This document shows positions 27,044-39,760 of a DNA stretch of 64,000 nucleotides, in pieces. Numbering within the stretch: position 1 is the stretch's first letter; each line of letters opens with the position of its first letter. The DNA comes from Ramazzottius varieornatus (Eukaryota > Animalia > Tardigrada), in assembly GCA_001949185.1 (NCBI GenBank), contig BDGG01000001.1, positions 124,001 through 188,000 of the forward strand. Reading direction: 5' to 3'. Both the position numbers and the translations under genes were made by a program. The notes under the pieces are model-generated. The model did not search any database, had not been told where the DNA came from, and saw nothing but the letters and a program-made list of their open reading frames with translations.

Positions 27044-29794
27044 TCACACGAAAGTATCGCCGCAGGTCCGTCCGTAAGCTTCCTCGTTATACTGGACTTG
27101 ATGGACAGGCGGAGGAGGATGCTGAAGCATCGGAGGAGCTTGATATTGAACCTGGGGACCGGTGAGATATTGCTGGTAGACTGGCTGAGGAGGCTGAAAG
27201 AAGGAAATAATAGTCCTCACGACAGGCCGTAAAACTCCGTTGATTGTGTTGATCTTGAAAGTGGATTACGAAGTCTCGCTTTCAAGATAAGCAGCCCTCG
27301 AGTAGCTTATTCTGAAAGCGAAAACGGATTATTCTCTGCACACTTGACTCAAAATTTCAAATTTTCATTTCTCAGCTGATCTCTGTCTGCACAGTGTTTC
27401 GCGTGGCGAGATACCGTTTCAAGTATGAGCTTCTTGATACCTATTAGTGTCGGGGATATTGGAAGACAAAGACTAGCCAGAGAGAAAACCATGAATTTCA
27501 ACTTAGTCAGGAGGCAAAGTTTGCCTACAAACATACCCCGCAAAACTCGCGCATTTCCGGTCTCGTTTCCGAGACTTGCAAAACATCCAGTTTTGCCTCA
27601 CTCACGACTAATTTCCGTTGATCAAGCAAACTCAAATTTCAAATCAACCATTTGCGACATAAACAGCTCGTCGTGAAAAGGACCAGTAAAATCAAGCCGG
27701 CGCAACTAATGATGAGCACTACACGGAGAAGGTTCGTAAAATGTAAAGTGTAATGTAAAATAGTGTAATTACATTTTACACTAGTTTACATTTTACAGAC
27801 CGAGCGGTTTGTAACGCCTAAAAGTGACAAGGAGCGACGAAAACGACGAACCAGCTATGTCTATGTTTGCACAGAATATAGATCCTAATAATTGTCTTCC
27901 AGACAAAGATAATATACGGTTGCAAAATGACCAAACTCAGGAAGTTTCTGACATTTTTCCGCGTAACTCAGCCGAAGTTGAGATTTCTGGCGGCAAAATA
28001 CTCATAGATACCGCAGATTCTGGCAGGTAAAAGTTGTAATTACATTTTAAATTTACATTACAACTTCCCCGTGGTTGTAATGTCGTGTGAAAGTGTAATT
28101 GTAATGTAAAATGTAATGTCGCGTAAAATGTAATGCTCTTCATCAGGCGCAACGGGTGATACTCCATACAAGGCTGTGCTCCTGATAATCTCAGTAACAA
28201 CTAACAAGGCCGTGCTCAGAATGACTTTCCTAAGCTCTTTTTCATCTGCTGATGGGAGGTACATCTGACCTCGTGGCCGCCGCTGTCCATCTTTTATGGA
28301 TTTCTCAATAGCCACAAGTCTTGGATCAGTTCTCGAAGAAACTTGGCTGTTTCCGAAAGTTGAGATCAGCTGTTGACTCATCCCGCTACCGGGGACGATC
28401 AGCTGATAGGATCTTTGATCCTCATTATGTATGGCCCTGTACGTAGTCGTACACGTAAATGAAGGCCGGNNNNNNNNNNNNNNNNNNNNNNNNNNNNNNN
28501 NNNNNNNNNNNNNNNNNNNGTTCGCCGTGAGTGCGCTCGAGTGATTGACAGCTGATCGTTGGTCGGTTTACGCGTTCTCGCCACCCGGGCTTCATTTACT
28601 TGTACGACTACGTATAGGGCCATACATAATGAGGATCAAAGATCCTATCAGCTGATCGTCCCCGGTAGCGGGATGATCAAGAGCTGACCTCAACTTTCGG
28701 AAACAGCCAAGTTCCTTCAAAAACTGATCTAAGACTTATGGCTATGGAGAAATCCATAAAAGATGGACAGCGGCGTGGCCACGAGGCCAAATGTACCATC
28801 CACCAGCAGACGAAACAGAGCTTAGCAAGGCCGCGCCTAGCTGACATACCTGTTGATAGGGCTGTGCCGGCGGGTACTGTTGAATATAGGATTGTGTCGG
28901 CTGTTGATAGGGCTGTGCCAGCGTTCCATTGCCCGGATTGACTGGTGCAGTGACCACTTGCGGCGGCGGAGTGCGTTGAGGAACGGAAGCCGCCACGCTG
29001 TTCTGCGTCATTACAAAGCCTCCATCGATTGCTGGATATCGAGTCAAAGCCACAATGCACATGATAATCATGGCCAGACCAGCAAGAGCTAGAAAGAGAT
29101 GGAGAACAAACAGGCCATACTTGGTCAAGGGAACCATTCGACAAACGAAATCCACGTTGCGACTGCCATCTTCCTGCACGGCGATGATGTTCTGGCCAGA
29201 AGCTACGAAACGGTTCGTGGTCATACACATACTGAACCAGTCACTAGTCAAACGAGCCAGGTAGGCGTTGAAGCAACCCATGAAGACGGCGAAAACGAGT
29301 GCGCCACCGGAGAAGTAGCGATAGATGCGCACTTTGGGACCGACGGGAATGGTGCGAAGAGCCTTGTCCGTCAGGTGAGAAGCGATGGTGAAAGAGAGAC
29401 CACCTGCAATCACCGACAGGGCACCTACAAAGATTCCCATAGGCACGTACGCCAGGTTTCGGGAGCCGCTCGAGAGGAAGTAATAGCTCAGCCCGTGTTC
29501 CTCATTGCCAGCGATAACAAACACTACAAAATGAATCAACCAATCAAACATTGTCCATTGTCCATCGTCCGGAGACAACGGTCCAATAACTCGTCTCGTT
29601 CTCTTTTCAACGGAGCTGTTTCTCCCCGTCAACGTCAATTCTGAAACGAGAAGAAGTACTTCAGATAACTTACCTCCAATCTTCATGCCGATACAGAGCA
29701 AGCCCACGACAATTTGAGCGATTCCGAGACGTTTGAAGCCATCCGGATACGTCAGGAACATCGCCGATCGAGCCTTCTTGCCTGATCCTGCCAT
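27044..29794 (-). CDS. MS4A/CD20-like four-transmembrane protein (~314 aa)
   Basis: Exons 29794-29674, 29523-28850, 27193-27044, phase-consistent. LGIAQIVVG in TM1, PMGIFVGALSVIAGGL in TM2, Cys pair in the large extracellular loop, P/Q/Y-rich cytoplasmic tail. Confidence 0.75.
27735..28137. repeat. MITE-like remnant with TGTAAT/ATTACA subterminal repeat clusters
   Basis: Two clusters (27735-27800, 28028-28137) of GTAAAATGTAA/TTACATTTTAC motifs in both orientations. Confidence 0.45.
28226..28829. repeat. ~240-bp-arm inverted repeat (foldback) around an assembly gap
   Basis: 28226-28469 is the reverse complement of ~28585-28829. About 60 bp are perfectly complementary (28379-28438 vs ~28616-28675); outer parts are diverged. 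N gap at 28470-28519. Confidence 0.85.
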
Positions 29795-30584
29795 CTTCTA
29801 GTGAGCTGGAGCTTGCGTTGACCAGTAGCGGCGTTGGACTGAATGGATTCTCGTGCCCCAGTCTCGACCGGAAAGTGCAGCTCTACCCCAGATGGAGGAA
29901 GGGAGAGAGATTCCGGCTAAGAAAGTTCGAATGACTGGATGAGCGATGTCAGAAGACAAAAGCCGAAAAATGGCACTGTTATAGTTAATATGTAAGGCCG
30001 TCCACTGGTCGCATTTAGTAGCCACGCCTTCCGTCTATGTCTCTTCTTGTTTCCTCCCGACACGGCGTACCACCCCTGAGTAACAGCTCCGGAGCAGGTT
30101 ATAAGGTACAACGTTTGGCTTACGGAAAGTAGAAAACGTGGTTATGTCAGCGATGTCATAACGCGCTTGCAACGTTGGTTTACTTTACTTTAGAATACCG
30201 ATCGAGTGGGACAAGATTGGTCCGGGTCCATGCAAGAAGACTGGCCGGAACTAGCCCAATCAGCTGCTCGGTACACACATTTACCAAATCTTTCACGGTC
30301 CGTAGTGGGCATCCCTGCTTTCATCCACGATTCGGGAAGTCTTTTTCCACGTACCCGGACCCAGTCCTGTCCGACTGGATCGGTAGTTTTAAGTATAGTA
30401 TGTCGTGTCATGACATTGTTATGTGGATGGAAGGGAAAAACTCAACTTTGTCTCCGATCTCGTTCCTCTAAACCTTGACCAACCAATCTGGCCACATCTC
30501 TCCCATTTCCATTGCAGGAAAACGATGAAATATTCCCGTAAGTACATTAGATGTTGAGCGAAATAGAGGAAAGGAGCTAGACAA

Positions 30585-32019
30585 TCACATACGCTGCGTA
30601 GAACGAGCAGCGATGGCTCTCATGGTGCCGTAAACTTTGGAAGGCGGACTACCCAAAATCAGATTACAAATCGCTGTACGAGCAATCTGGATATTCTGAA
30701 AGGATCCAAGGATGTGGATATTCCTAAACATGGAGAAAAGACTATCTGGAGGAAACTAGCACAGCGTCAGATCACAGAATTTTCCGCTCAGACCGGACGG
30801 GGAATTTACAAAGCTGAAACTTACTTGTCTGCTAAAACGATACGGGTCTTGGTCACATTCTCGATTGTAAATTTCGTCCGGCCACCTTTTCCTGCTAGTC
30901 GACCGATAGCCCTACCCAAATGATCTCCTTTCAGAGGCTTGACTGCAAAGACAGAGAATAATCCATGAGTAGTCCATCTTAATCCATCAGATACCTGCAT
31001 ACATTGCGTCCTAAAGTCACTGCGGGTACAAGTATGGAGGTTCGTTCAACAACAACACAAACTCACCGTCTGTAACTTCAAAGGACTCCAAAAACAGATC
31101 ATCCAGACGGATCAGCGCCATAGCATCCTACCAAAACACAGAATGATAACCCACAAACGAACTGTTACGGCAGTCAACTTCTTGCTAGCCTCTGTTAACA
31201 GCTCACGATGCCGGGACGTTTCACTTCCGGTCAATCCCACACAACGCTTCCGATTGATTCTGGAGTAGCTTTCTTCTTGATTGACTGGACTTACATCAAC
31301 GTCGAACCCCAGCACGTAAGCCTTGATGAGATCTGCTCCCTTCTGAAGTGCCCCAATATCGGCAGTTTCCGGACTTGGCTGAAAGACAGAAGAAAATTAC
31401 ATCATCATCACTCAATAGCGAGAAAGTCATATGTGGACGAAAGGAAGGGAAAAGAGCTGTGGGAAAGAATTGGGACGTGGGCAAACGAGCTGCACCATAT
31501 CGTCATCTCAAGTGGCGCATGTTGTCATTGACACTGGCTGGAAATGTGTGCCACTTGGGAGACCGAACTTGTCGAGTGTGTTAGCCCACATTTTCTCACT
31601 CTGATTTCCACGTTGCGAGTTTTAAGATTAAACCGCATCTGAAGCTTCAAATGTTCCACGACGGGTTGAACCAGCTGAGGCCAGGCATTCTTCAGGGGAG
31701 TATATCGGTTGGCAGGAACGGGAATCTTCCTGACATCTGTTTCGCCTTCCTGGAAGAAAAACAACACGTTGACATTCGGCCTTCGATTAAATGAACGGAA
31801 GTTGAATGACTACTGTTTTACCCATCGCGGCCTCTTCTTCGAGCTGGTTTTCTCTTCTTCCGTAGCGTCCAACACCATAGCAGAGCTCTGAGTATCCCTT
31901 CTCTTCCTCTTCTGCTGCTTCTCACTGGCTCCATCAGCACCGGATGACTTCACTGCCGATGGCTTTATGTCGACCACCACCGGATCCAAATCGGGCAAGT
32001 CGTGGTCTTCCATGTCCAT
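30585..32019 (-). CDS. PNO1: RNA-binding protein PNO1/Dim2 (KH domain, 40S biogenesis)
   Basis: Multi-exon: [17 protein letters not shown]...[18 protein letters not shown]; [18 protein letters not shown]; [18 protein letters not shown]; [29 protein letters not shown]; [15 protein letters not shown]. Confidence 0.96.
31490..31562. repeat. 81-bp palindromic repeat family, 1 unit (PNO1 intron)
   Basis: TCTCAAGTGGCGCAT-N25-GTGTGCCACTTGGGA. Confidence 0.75.
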
Positions 32020-32899
32020 TATGTCCGAGTTCAAACAGTGCGGCAACTGTCCGCAGCAAACGAGATAGCGATAACTTTGATAACGTGATCGGTAAGATTT
32101 CGGACGACGACGCTACGCGGCTACAGTTCGGGAGGCCGAAAAAAACAGAACACTTCGTATAAAAATCGCAGTCTGTCAGAAATACAGAATTCATTTGGAT
32201 TTGATTTTCAGAGCGTAGAACGGTAACCCCCCAAACCCTCCGCATCCCTTGGTCTGTTCAATGGATTGTTGATTGACTGGGTAAGGACGTGACGTCAACG
32301 GAAAACGCTTGCGCAACTCGTTAGGCGGATGGTACCACAGTATCGGCGAACAGCAGGTGATGGCGTACCACAGTACTACGAGAACGTTACAATTCTATTC
32401 TTTTTGCCTCCAGTTCATTTTAGCGAGTTCAACGAACGGGGTTTTGGCGTTGGCAGAAAAACTGAGTAAGTTTGTTCTGTTCGTTCATTTTACCTTGTCA
32501 GTACTTCCGTCGCGAAGTAATCGGAAGCATCCAGGAACTTCCGCCATTTTACGCAGTCAACGCGCACATGCTTCTGCGTTCTTGAAAGGATGTCGAAAGA
32601 CAGGGTGCGAATCGCCATTCATGTACCATTAAGATTAAGCGTTGTTTTGCACCTTGCATACAGCAATACAGTACGTCCTGCTCACGTAGAGGCGGCAGCT
32701 TTGGACTTTCCAACATAAGAAAGCAAAAGTTGCAGATACACAAGAACGGATGCTGGTATTTGGGAGTGATTTGTAAGCGACAGATTTTTTGCATGATGTC
32801 TGGGCTTAGGCGGCTTTCTTGTACGAGCTTTCTTGCTTTCTCGTGCAGAGAGTTTGAAGCGAAGAGCGCATATAATCATAAAGAAGGGCACCTTGAACC

Positions 32900-33200
32900 C
32901 ATAGACGAAGCAGGGCGCATCGAGCACAGCTTTGTGTCGAGTTTAGCCGAACAAAAGCTCTTGACTTCGTCCCCAGACTGAAAGACTTTCGTACGGGCTG
33001 AGGCTTCGTCTGATGTTCTACTGTAATTACTACAGTTTCCCACGTGACATGATCGCTTTTGTGCTGGCTCCACAGCAGCAGTCCTGGAGAGTTGTCCAGC
33101 TCGTTGGTTGGAGAGCTAGAATCCGCCCTTTTACAACGGGATTCCGATGGAAAGGTCCATGGAAGCAAGAGGGCACCTTGTACAGGCCGGTCAGATTACT
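32900..33200 (+). mobile_element. Possible decayed Gypsy pol (RT/RNase H) fragment
   Basis: Weak motif resemblance across frames: SF..LAEQKLLTSSPD*KTF and VT*SLLCWL...LLQRD. Heavily degraded. Confidence 0.25.
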
Positions 33201-34071
33201 CCATGGAAAAGGTTAGATTTAGCTCGCGTCATTTCTCAAGACTGTTCGACAGTACGGAAGTGCAGACCGTGACAGCCTGATCCAGACGGGTTTTTACTGG
33301 TGATGTGTCTTTGCGTCGACTACCGCCCAACATCTCATGACCATTGGCTGTTTTCCACAGTCAGATTTTCTTTCTTGACGTCAAAAGGCGACATTAGGCC
33401 GGACCCATAAGAACCGCCATACATTGTCGCGCAAAATCTTCTGTTGTGCTGCCAGTTTACCGAGCACTCAACCATGGGAGCAGTAAATGATGCCCGGGTG
33501 AGCCAGGGAGGCTACACTGATCACGACTCGAGCTATCAAACTAGTCCAAATATAGATCTTGGAAGTTTCTGCGGGATCCGAGACTACCGGCTCCAAGTTG
33601 CTGCGAATCAAAATACCAATCAAAGAGCTTTGCGCTACTGCTGCAACTCTGAGCCGGTAGTCCCGGATCCCGCAGAATCTTTCAGAATTTATATTTGGAC
33701 TAGTTTGACAGCTCGAGTCGTGCGCAAGACTCTTCTTTCTGCTGGGTCGGTTCGATCATCAGGATATGCTCCTTGGCGTAATTCCCTTGTGAACTACGAT
33801 ACTTTTGATCGAACATGCCGTCTAGAGAAAGAAGCAGTTTTGGTCACTGATCTGCGGTTTTTTGGGATGGGCCAGCACTACTGTACCGTTGGCCAATAGC
33901 CAGGAATATCTCTTGGCTTATTGTGCGTGAAATGGGGCAGCACAGTAATCATTCATAGTTCTGCGACACGTCACACGGACGACTTTTTTAACCGGGAATG
34001 CGCGGTGAGATCTGAATTTACTTCAGCAGACTGAAGTAATCGTAGAGCAGTGCACTTTCGGCAGAGAAATA

Positions 34072-34174
34072 CAACAAACGATTGGTCGAACGAAACGACG
34101 ACATTTAAAAAAAATTTTTTACGTGTGAAAAAGATTTTAAAATGGCATCGTTTCGTTTAAACCATCGTTTGCTG
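34072..34174. mobile_element. ~100-bp hairpin MITE with TA flanks
   Basis: TA|CAACAAACGATTGGTCGAACGAAACGACGACATTTAAAA ... TTTTAAAATGGCATCGTTTCGTTTAAACCATCGTTTGCTG|TA. Confidence 0.7.
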
Positions 34175-34559
34175 TAAATCTACTGTATGTCGAATGTGCA
34201 ACTTTCCTAAGAGAAGCCGCACTTTACACAGAAAGATCAAAAAAACGAAAACTAATCAATTTTGAAAATCATAACGAAACGCTGGCCCAGAACGCCCACT
34301 GCTCCTCTCGACCACGCACGCGACTTCTTGAAACTACACGATTTTTCGTCCTATCAGGCTCAAAGACCTGTTTTGGACTTAGCCGTTTTCCGAAAGATTT
34401 TCATGAGTGGTAAGCGTTACCTGCTTCTGCACCCAGATTGTACCAACTCCTGCTCCAACGGTTTACCTCCCACCGAAAGCTGGCTGAACGTGCCGATGTT
34501 TGTATTTACATTTTGTTCGAAAGTACTGTTTTGACATTATCGCAAGTACAACCGTAGAA

Positions 34560-34920
34560 AGTTCTTTGGTGATGAGTGTGACTTTGCGAGACAGTCTGAC
34601 TTGGGACTGTTTCGAGGTATCTTTGAAATATCTGTGAAATTCTTTTCGCTAGCGAGAAATGCTCGTTTTCTTCGAAGTTTTCGTGATGCACCACTCATTG
34701 ATAGCCACCGAAAAGAATGGAAATTTTTTTGAAGACAGTAATCTAACCTTGGAAAGCGAGAAAGCAGCGATGCAAGATAAGAAACAAGCGTTACACGGAG
34801 GGTATCGAGTTTCCGGCCCTTCTGGGAAATAATTAGTTATGGGAGATGGGGAAACGTTTTTCGTGCAAAGACCGTTCCGTATGTTAGAGTAATGGTTATA
34901 CCACAATGTTCTGTTGCGCG
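34560..34920 (+). pseudogene. Possible second decayed Harbinger-type transposase fragment
   Basis: GTVSRYL*NICEIL (HTH-like) followed by VMGDGETFFVQRP (resembles G-x-IDGT-x4-RP). Many stops. Confidence 0.35.
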
Positions 34921-35674
34921 CAGCGCACAAAGACGCTGTAGCGCGATTCTGGTTTGCAGAGCTCTACCTCGACTCGCGCGTTTGGTGAACAGCCAACCAG
35001 TACCAAAGGTGCAGATAACAACGTCGCCTACAAAGTGATAATTTTTTCAAACGGCGGCCTGCAATGCTGATCGAGCAGTTTTAAAAAATGGCAGAGCAAC
35101 TCACTTTGGAGGCCGATTTTTCAAAAACGGCAGTCGGTCGCGGTCTCCTAAACTAGCACTTTGTGAACAGAACTATCTTCCCTCGAGAAAGTTTTCTTGA
35201 TAATTTTTCTGACCATTCTTTGTTTTTGATCGAATTTTAATTATGGTTGAGTCGACTGTTCAGCGTGACGCTTCAAAGTTTGTCCACTCTGTGAGACAGT
35301 GAGAGAGAGGCTTGACCAGTCGACTTCCACCCTGTGTCTGCAGAGGATGATTGCGCTGGTCAGTTGCGCCTTTGTCAGTCAGCTATTGCACTGCCTTTCT
35401 CTTCACTGCGGTAAAAATTGGCGCTTATGCGGCATCGAAAGCCAACGGCTAGTAAATCAGCACACGCATACCCTGTGTCCCCGGTCGGTTTCTCCGAAAG
35501 GTGACAGAAAAGCTGCTTCTGGGTTGACCCATCCAACTTTGAAATTCCATATCTCGAAAACTATGAAAGTTGTCAAGTTTGCTAGTCAGCATGTAGAGGA
35601 CACATTATACTATACCACTATAAGAACCTTTATTTGTCCAATGCAAAGCCAGGCTTCGCGCTTGCGGATCAATA

Positions 35675-35779
35675 TGAAAGATACGAGANNNNNNNNNNNN
35701 NNNNNNNNNNNNNNNNNNNNNNNNNNNNNNNNNNNNNNTGAAACACAAAACGCATCGTCCAGGCCTCTCGTATCTTTCA
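35675..35779. mobile_element. TIR-bounded element with interior lost in the assembly gap
   Basis: TA|TGAAAGATACGAGA-[N gap 35689-35738]...TCTCGTATCTTTCA|TA, perfect inverted ends. Confidence 0.65.
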
Positions 35780-37729
35780 TAGTACTGAGAACAGAATACA
35801 AAATTGCCACGAAGGATATCTAACGACAGTCGCTGCTTAAAGAATCGAAAAGACCTAGATTCTTTAGTTACGGTACTTCGGCCATCTTTTTTCCGACCGT
35901 CTCAAACGTCCCGTACTTGGAACTCTAATTACAAATTCCCCCAACGAACACTTTCCCTAACTGACAAACATAACAGCCTCGAACCAGAAGAGCTCTTGCC
36001 CCGAAAAATCAAAGCCAGACCCGAATACCGCTTTCCCCTAACAGCCTCGAACCCGAACAACTTCGACCCCGAAGAACCGCGGACCCCAAGACCACCTTTC
36101 CCGAAGAACGCTTCCCGCTATACAAGTTTTGTGAGAAGCACCTGATCACTGCACCGTCAGAACTGTCTAACGATTTCTTCCATGAATCCCTTTGAAAATC
36201 ATACTGCCTCATTTGGATGACTTGACGAACGAAACCAAGCTCGGTTTGTTGTATATTTTCCCGGTCCTTGTCTTCCTGTACTTTATCGAGTGAGTTTCGC
36301 CGCTACTAAATGTAAGGACTATCTCTAGTCCACGCCATACCATCCTCTTTAGCTCTATAGTTTTAGCCCTATGGTTTCCTCTTTACTTTTTCTCTCGATT
36401 CATTCTAGCCAAGAAGCAAGAGCAAGGTGGAGTGGATAGCGTTCTAGCCCAGCGTAACCTACACTCACGCCGAGTCCATCAGACTCTCGTCCGAATCGAG
36501 TATCGGAAGGAGTTGAGATGTGTGCACACCAGTCGCCTTGAGGTGAAGGAACACCATGAAGAAGGGCTACTCGAGCACGAAAAATGAAAGCAGGAAGACG
36601 AGGGATGTGCTAATGCCAAAAAAATCTCGAAGACGATCCAGATCGCGGAGAAACACACATCTTCATCAGCGGATACCATCGATAAAGTCGTCCAAGCTCT
36701 GTAAGGTTACCGCTACCGTGATGGCCATGTTACCCACTTTCTGGTTCTTGGACTGAGTAAGACCTACTTTGCCGATGTTACCGTGTCTGTATCACGTCAT
36801 TCTTTTATTATAACGCTGGTATAAGACTTTTTTCTTCTTTTAGTGGGAAGCGAATGCGAGGGATCACGAAAGATCACACCGGCAAAGACGCAGCCCTCCA
36901 TCTACTGCGTTTGGGACTGAAACTGCCAGAACATCGGTATGGAAACAAAGGGCGATGGCAATCGCATGACAACAGCAGAGCGGTTGAACATCATAACGGG
37001 CTGGACTTGTCGCCAGTGGAAGGCCCAGTGGATGGAGGAGAAAGCGTGTCCGACACCTGACCTCCAGATGTTGTTCAAGTTGGACATGGAGAGAACAACC
37101 AGAAGTAGCTCACCGAAAAAAGCAACAAGCATCAATCTGACAACAGAGTGTGGAATGTTTACGTGCGAGAAGATCAGCGAAAGTGCCAAGCTGCTCGCTG
37201 CCCTAGAACGTTACGCAACAAAAACCTCTAATTTTGAAACAATTTCTATAAAGGCTTTTGTGGTGCGCATATACTTTTGTATCCTTACTGTACCATTCCC
37301 CCTTACCACACTTCCGCTGGTAGCAGCGAGTAATCCGTTTCATTATTGTCTTCCACCTCGTCTCCTTACTTTTCGCGTACCCTGAAAATGAAAACTTATT
37401 CATACGCTATTGTTGCGCTTTATATTACCTTGTCATGTCATTGACATGATAAAAGCATTCTCCTGCGTCATCTGATAGGTGTTAGTTTTCGAGAAAGTGG
37501 ACTGATGACTGGGTTAAGTGCCGCGCGCCGTTATGCACGAAGGCACCACCATTCTCGCTGACGGTAACTGGCAGCTAGTACCAACTTTGTGGGCTACGAA
37601 CCAGTCGCTGATCACTCTGCAGTCTTTTGTGTGTACCGTCGGAAATCTGTACAGGTGGACTCTTCTCCTCTAACGTAGCTTTCACTACCAACGTTGAACT
37701 CTCTTTTGGTGGCAGCTCAACCCAACATT

Positions 37730-39250
37730 TTTTATTCATCACTCTTACTTGTACAGGTTGAGTCACAATGCTTCGACCGATTTAGAACTTTTGCAGCAAA
37801 ATCACTATCTACTCTTCTGCCTTCGAATTTCTTCCTCAGGTAGTCTGAACATCTAAGATCATCCTTAGAGAATTTGGCGCTGCTTGTCCGCATCTGAAAA
37901 ATCATGCAAAAACAAACCTCGATAGGCCGGGAAACACCCCTCGACTCAACTTGACGCTCAAGATCGTAACTCTGGGTGAGCCAATCTTTCCATTCTACCG
38001 CCAATTCGATAAAGCATTCTTCGGGCTATTGATTACGTGTATAGATTTTAGAAACATCGTCTTAGGTTTGACCATAAAAAATTAGACTTCTAATGGTCAC
38101 TTTTCGGCCAGATATTCCTGTATTACTCAAAATTTTTGCGTCTGCCGAGTTAAAGCATTGCGCTCTTTCATGTGATTTCCTGCTAAGCTGTTACCTATAC
38201 TTGTAATTAAAATATTTTTTGATCTCTTTAGTTCTTTCGAAAGCGAAAAACTGAAGAAAACCAGAATTTTTTTCACTGCAGTCACCCAGTTAACTGCTTT
38301 AGAGAAGACCTCGGGGACAAATCTTGAAACTACTAATTTTTTGTCTAACGACTTGAACCCTCTTGGACAGATTAGCTATGGCGGAAAGGTTCTGGAAACC
38401 TCCGTTTATCGGCAAACAAATTCCCAGTATACCGAGTTCGTAGTCCAAAAAGGTATCCTGATTTCGGGGTCGCTGAAAATTTTCTCTGCAAGTTTTTTTG
38501 TGAAGCGTGCAGACGCAATGGAAATTTTAGAGATCGTTTACAAACGTTAGAGCTACTTTGTGGCGAGATTTGAAAGCAGAGGGGTCAACGCCGAGTTTTC
38601 TACAACAGTTCGAAATCGGTCGAAGCATTGGGACTCAACCTGTACACAGTAGATATATCCCTCTCCCGCGCTGTGCGAAAGATATCTGTTGAGTGTTATG
38701 CGCTCCGGAGACTCGGCCCATATAGAATGAACCGATGCTGCTGAGCTGATCATTATTTCTTCCTCGCTTTTCCTAACTACTGGCCTGAAACGGTTAGAAC
38801 TCTGCTGCAGGACTTGCAGCTGTTCAGTCACAAAGAGAACGAAAGCTTCCCTGTCCTTTGGCAGCATTTCTCCCACCCGCAACAGCAACATGGGTAAAAC
38901 AGTGTTGCGAATCCGTATGGGCGAATTTAGAACGTGAAGAAACATCACGTACATCTTTCTGTTCGTGCTCTAACTCACCGAGCAGTATCCGCCCAAAGCG
39001 AGATGACCAGATCACCGTCTTCAGGATGTCCATATGGAGCCATCTTTAACCATCGTACACATCTCGAAGTACATCATCTCCGGATTTATTGATTTGTGAA
39101 CTGCAGTACTTTCCATATGGGTATCTGCGGCCTAATTTACGGGACAACGTTTTTGACTCCGAACGACCTTTTCCAACATGAAGTCGTTGGATTTGTTCAA
39201 GGGCATAGAGTGGTGCCTTCGCCACGGATAGAAGTTTGACAAAACTCGAA
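37730..39250 (-). pseudogene. CACTA/EnSpm (Tnp2-like) transposase remnant
   Basis: Family motifs in the correct order across frameshifts: LRDVYDG*RW; DLVISLWAD; FLHVLNSPIRIR...P...FVLFVTEQLQVL; AESPER...SHSAGEGYIYC; AVEWKDWL. Confidence 0.75.
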
Positions 39251-39399
39251 TCAATTCAGACTTTTCTGAAGAAGTCATCTGACCAGTGGTCAGACAGCCA
39301 AATGGACATCAGCACCGTTTTGCTCAATGTCCGTTACACCAGACCGCATCAGCAGTTCGACTTTGCCCTTGGGAACCCAAAACTGAAAACTTGATTCCC

Positions 39400-39760
39400 G
39401 AACAATTTGAGTAGACATCGTGGCGCCCCAGCTCGTCGACAAGTTTGTTTGCAACGACAAACATGGGGCTCACAGAGTCTAGCCCCAAGACGCAAACCAA
39501 CCGAGATGCGAAACGAGTTGTCATCCAGCAAGTTACGTAAGACAGAAATGGGCAACGCATTAAGCCATGCTCCTGAGTCCTTGGCTGATACGGCAACTAG
39601 TCTGGCTCTTTCTGCTTGGGAACTGGCATCCAGATAGGTTTGGTAGTGCTGGTCAACTATCGGGATGTCCCACGCCTTCTGCGCTGAACGAAGAGTGAGA
39701 ATGGGAGACTGTGACATACTTTGTTCCTGCCAGAGGTTTATCGCCGATTTTAAACTTTCG
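39400..39760 (-). mobile_element. CRE-clade non-LTR retrotransposon 3' fragment
   Basis: QKAWDIP...ERARLVAVSAKDSGAWLNALP...LLDDNSFRISVGLRLG...CRC, the typical post-RT region preceding the zinc knuckle of CRE elements. Confidence 0.82.

Noticed and set aside
28742-29794. Single 350-aa ORF as the true protein
   Set aside because: It reads through a 150-nt in-frame intron and past the donor at 28849; the spliced three-exon model gives a cleaner 4-TM protein.
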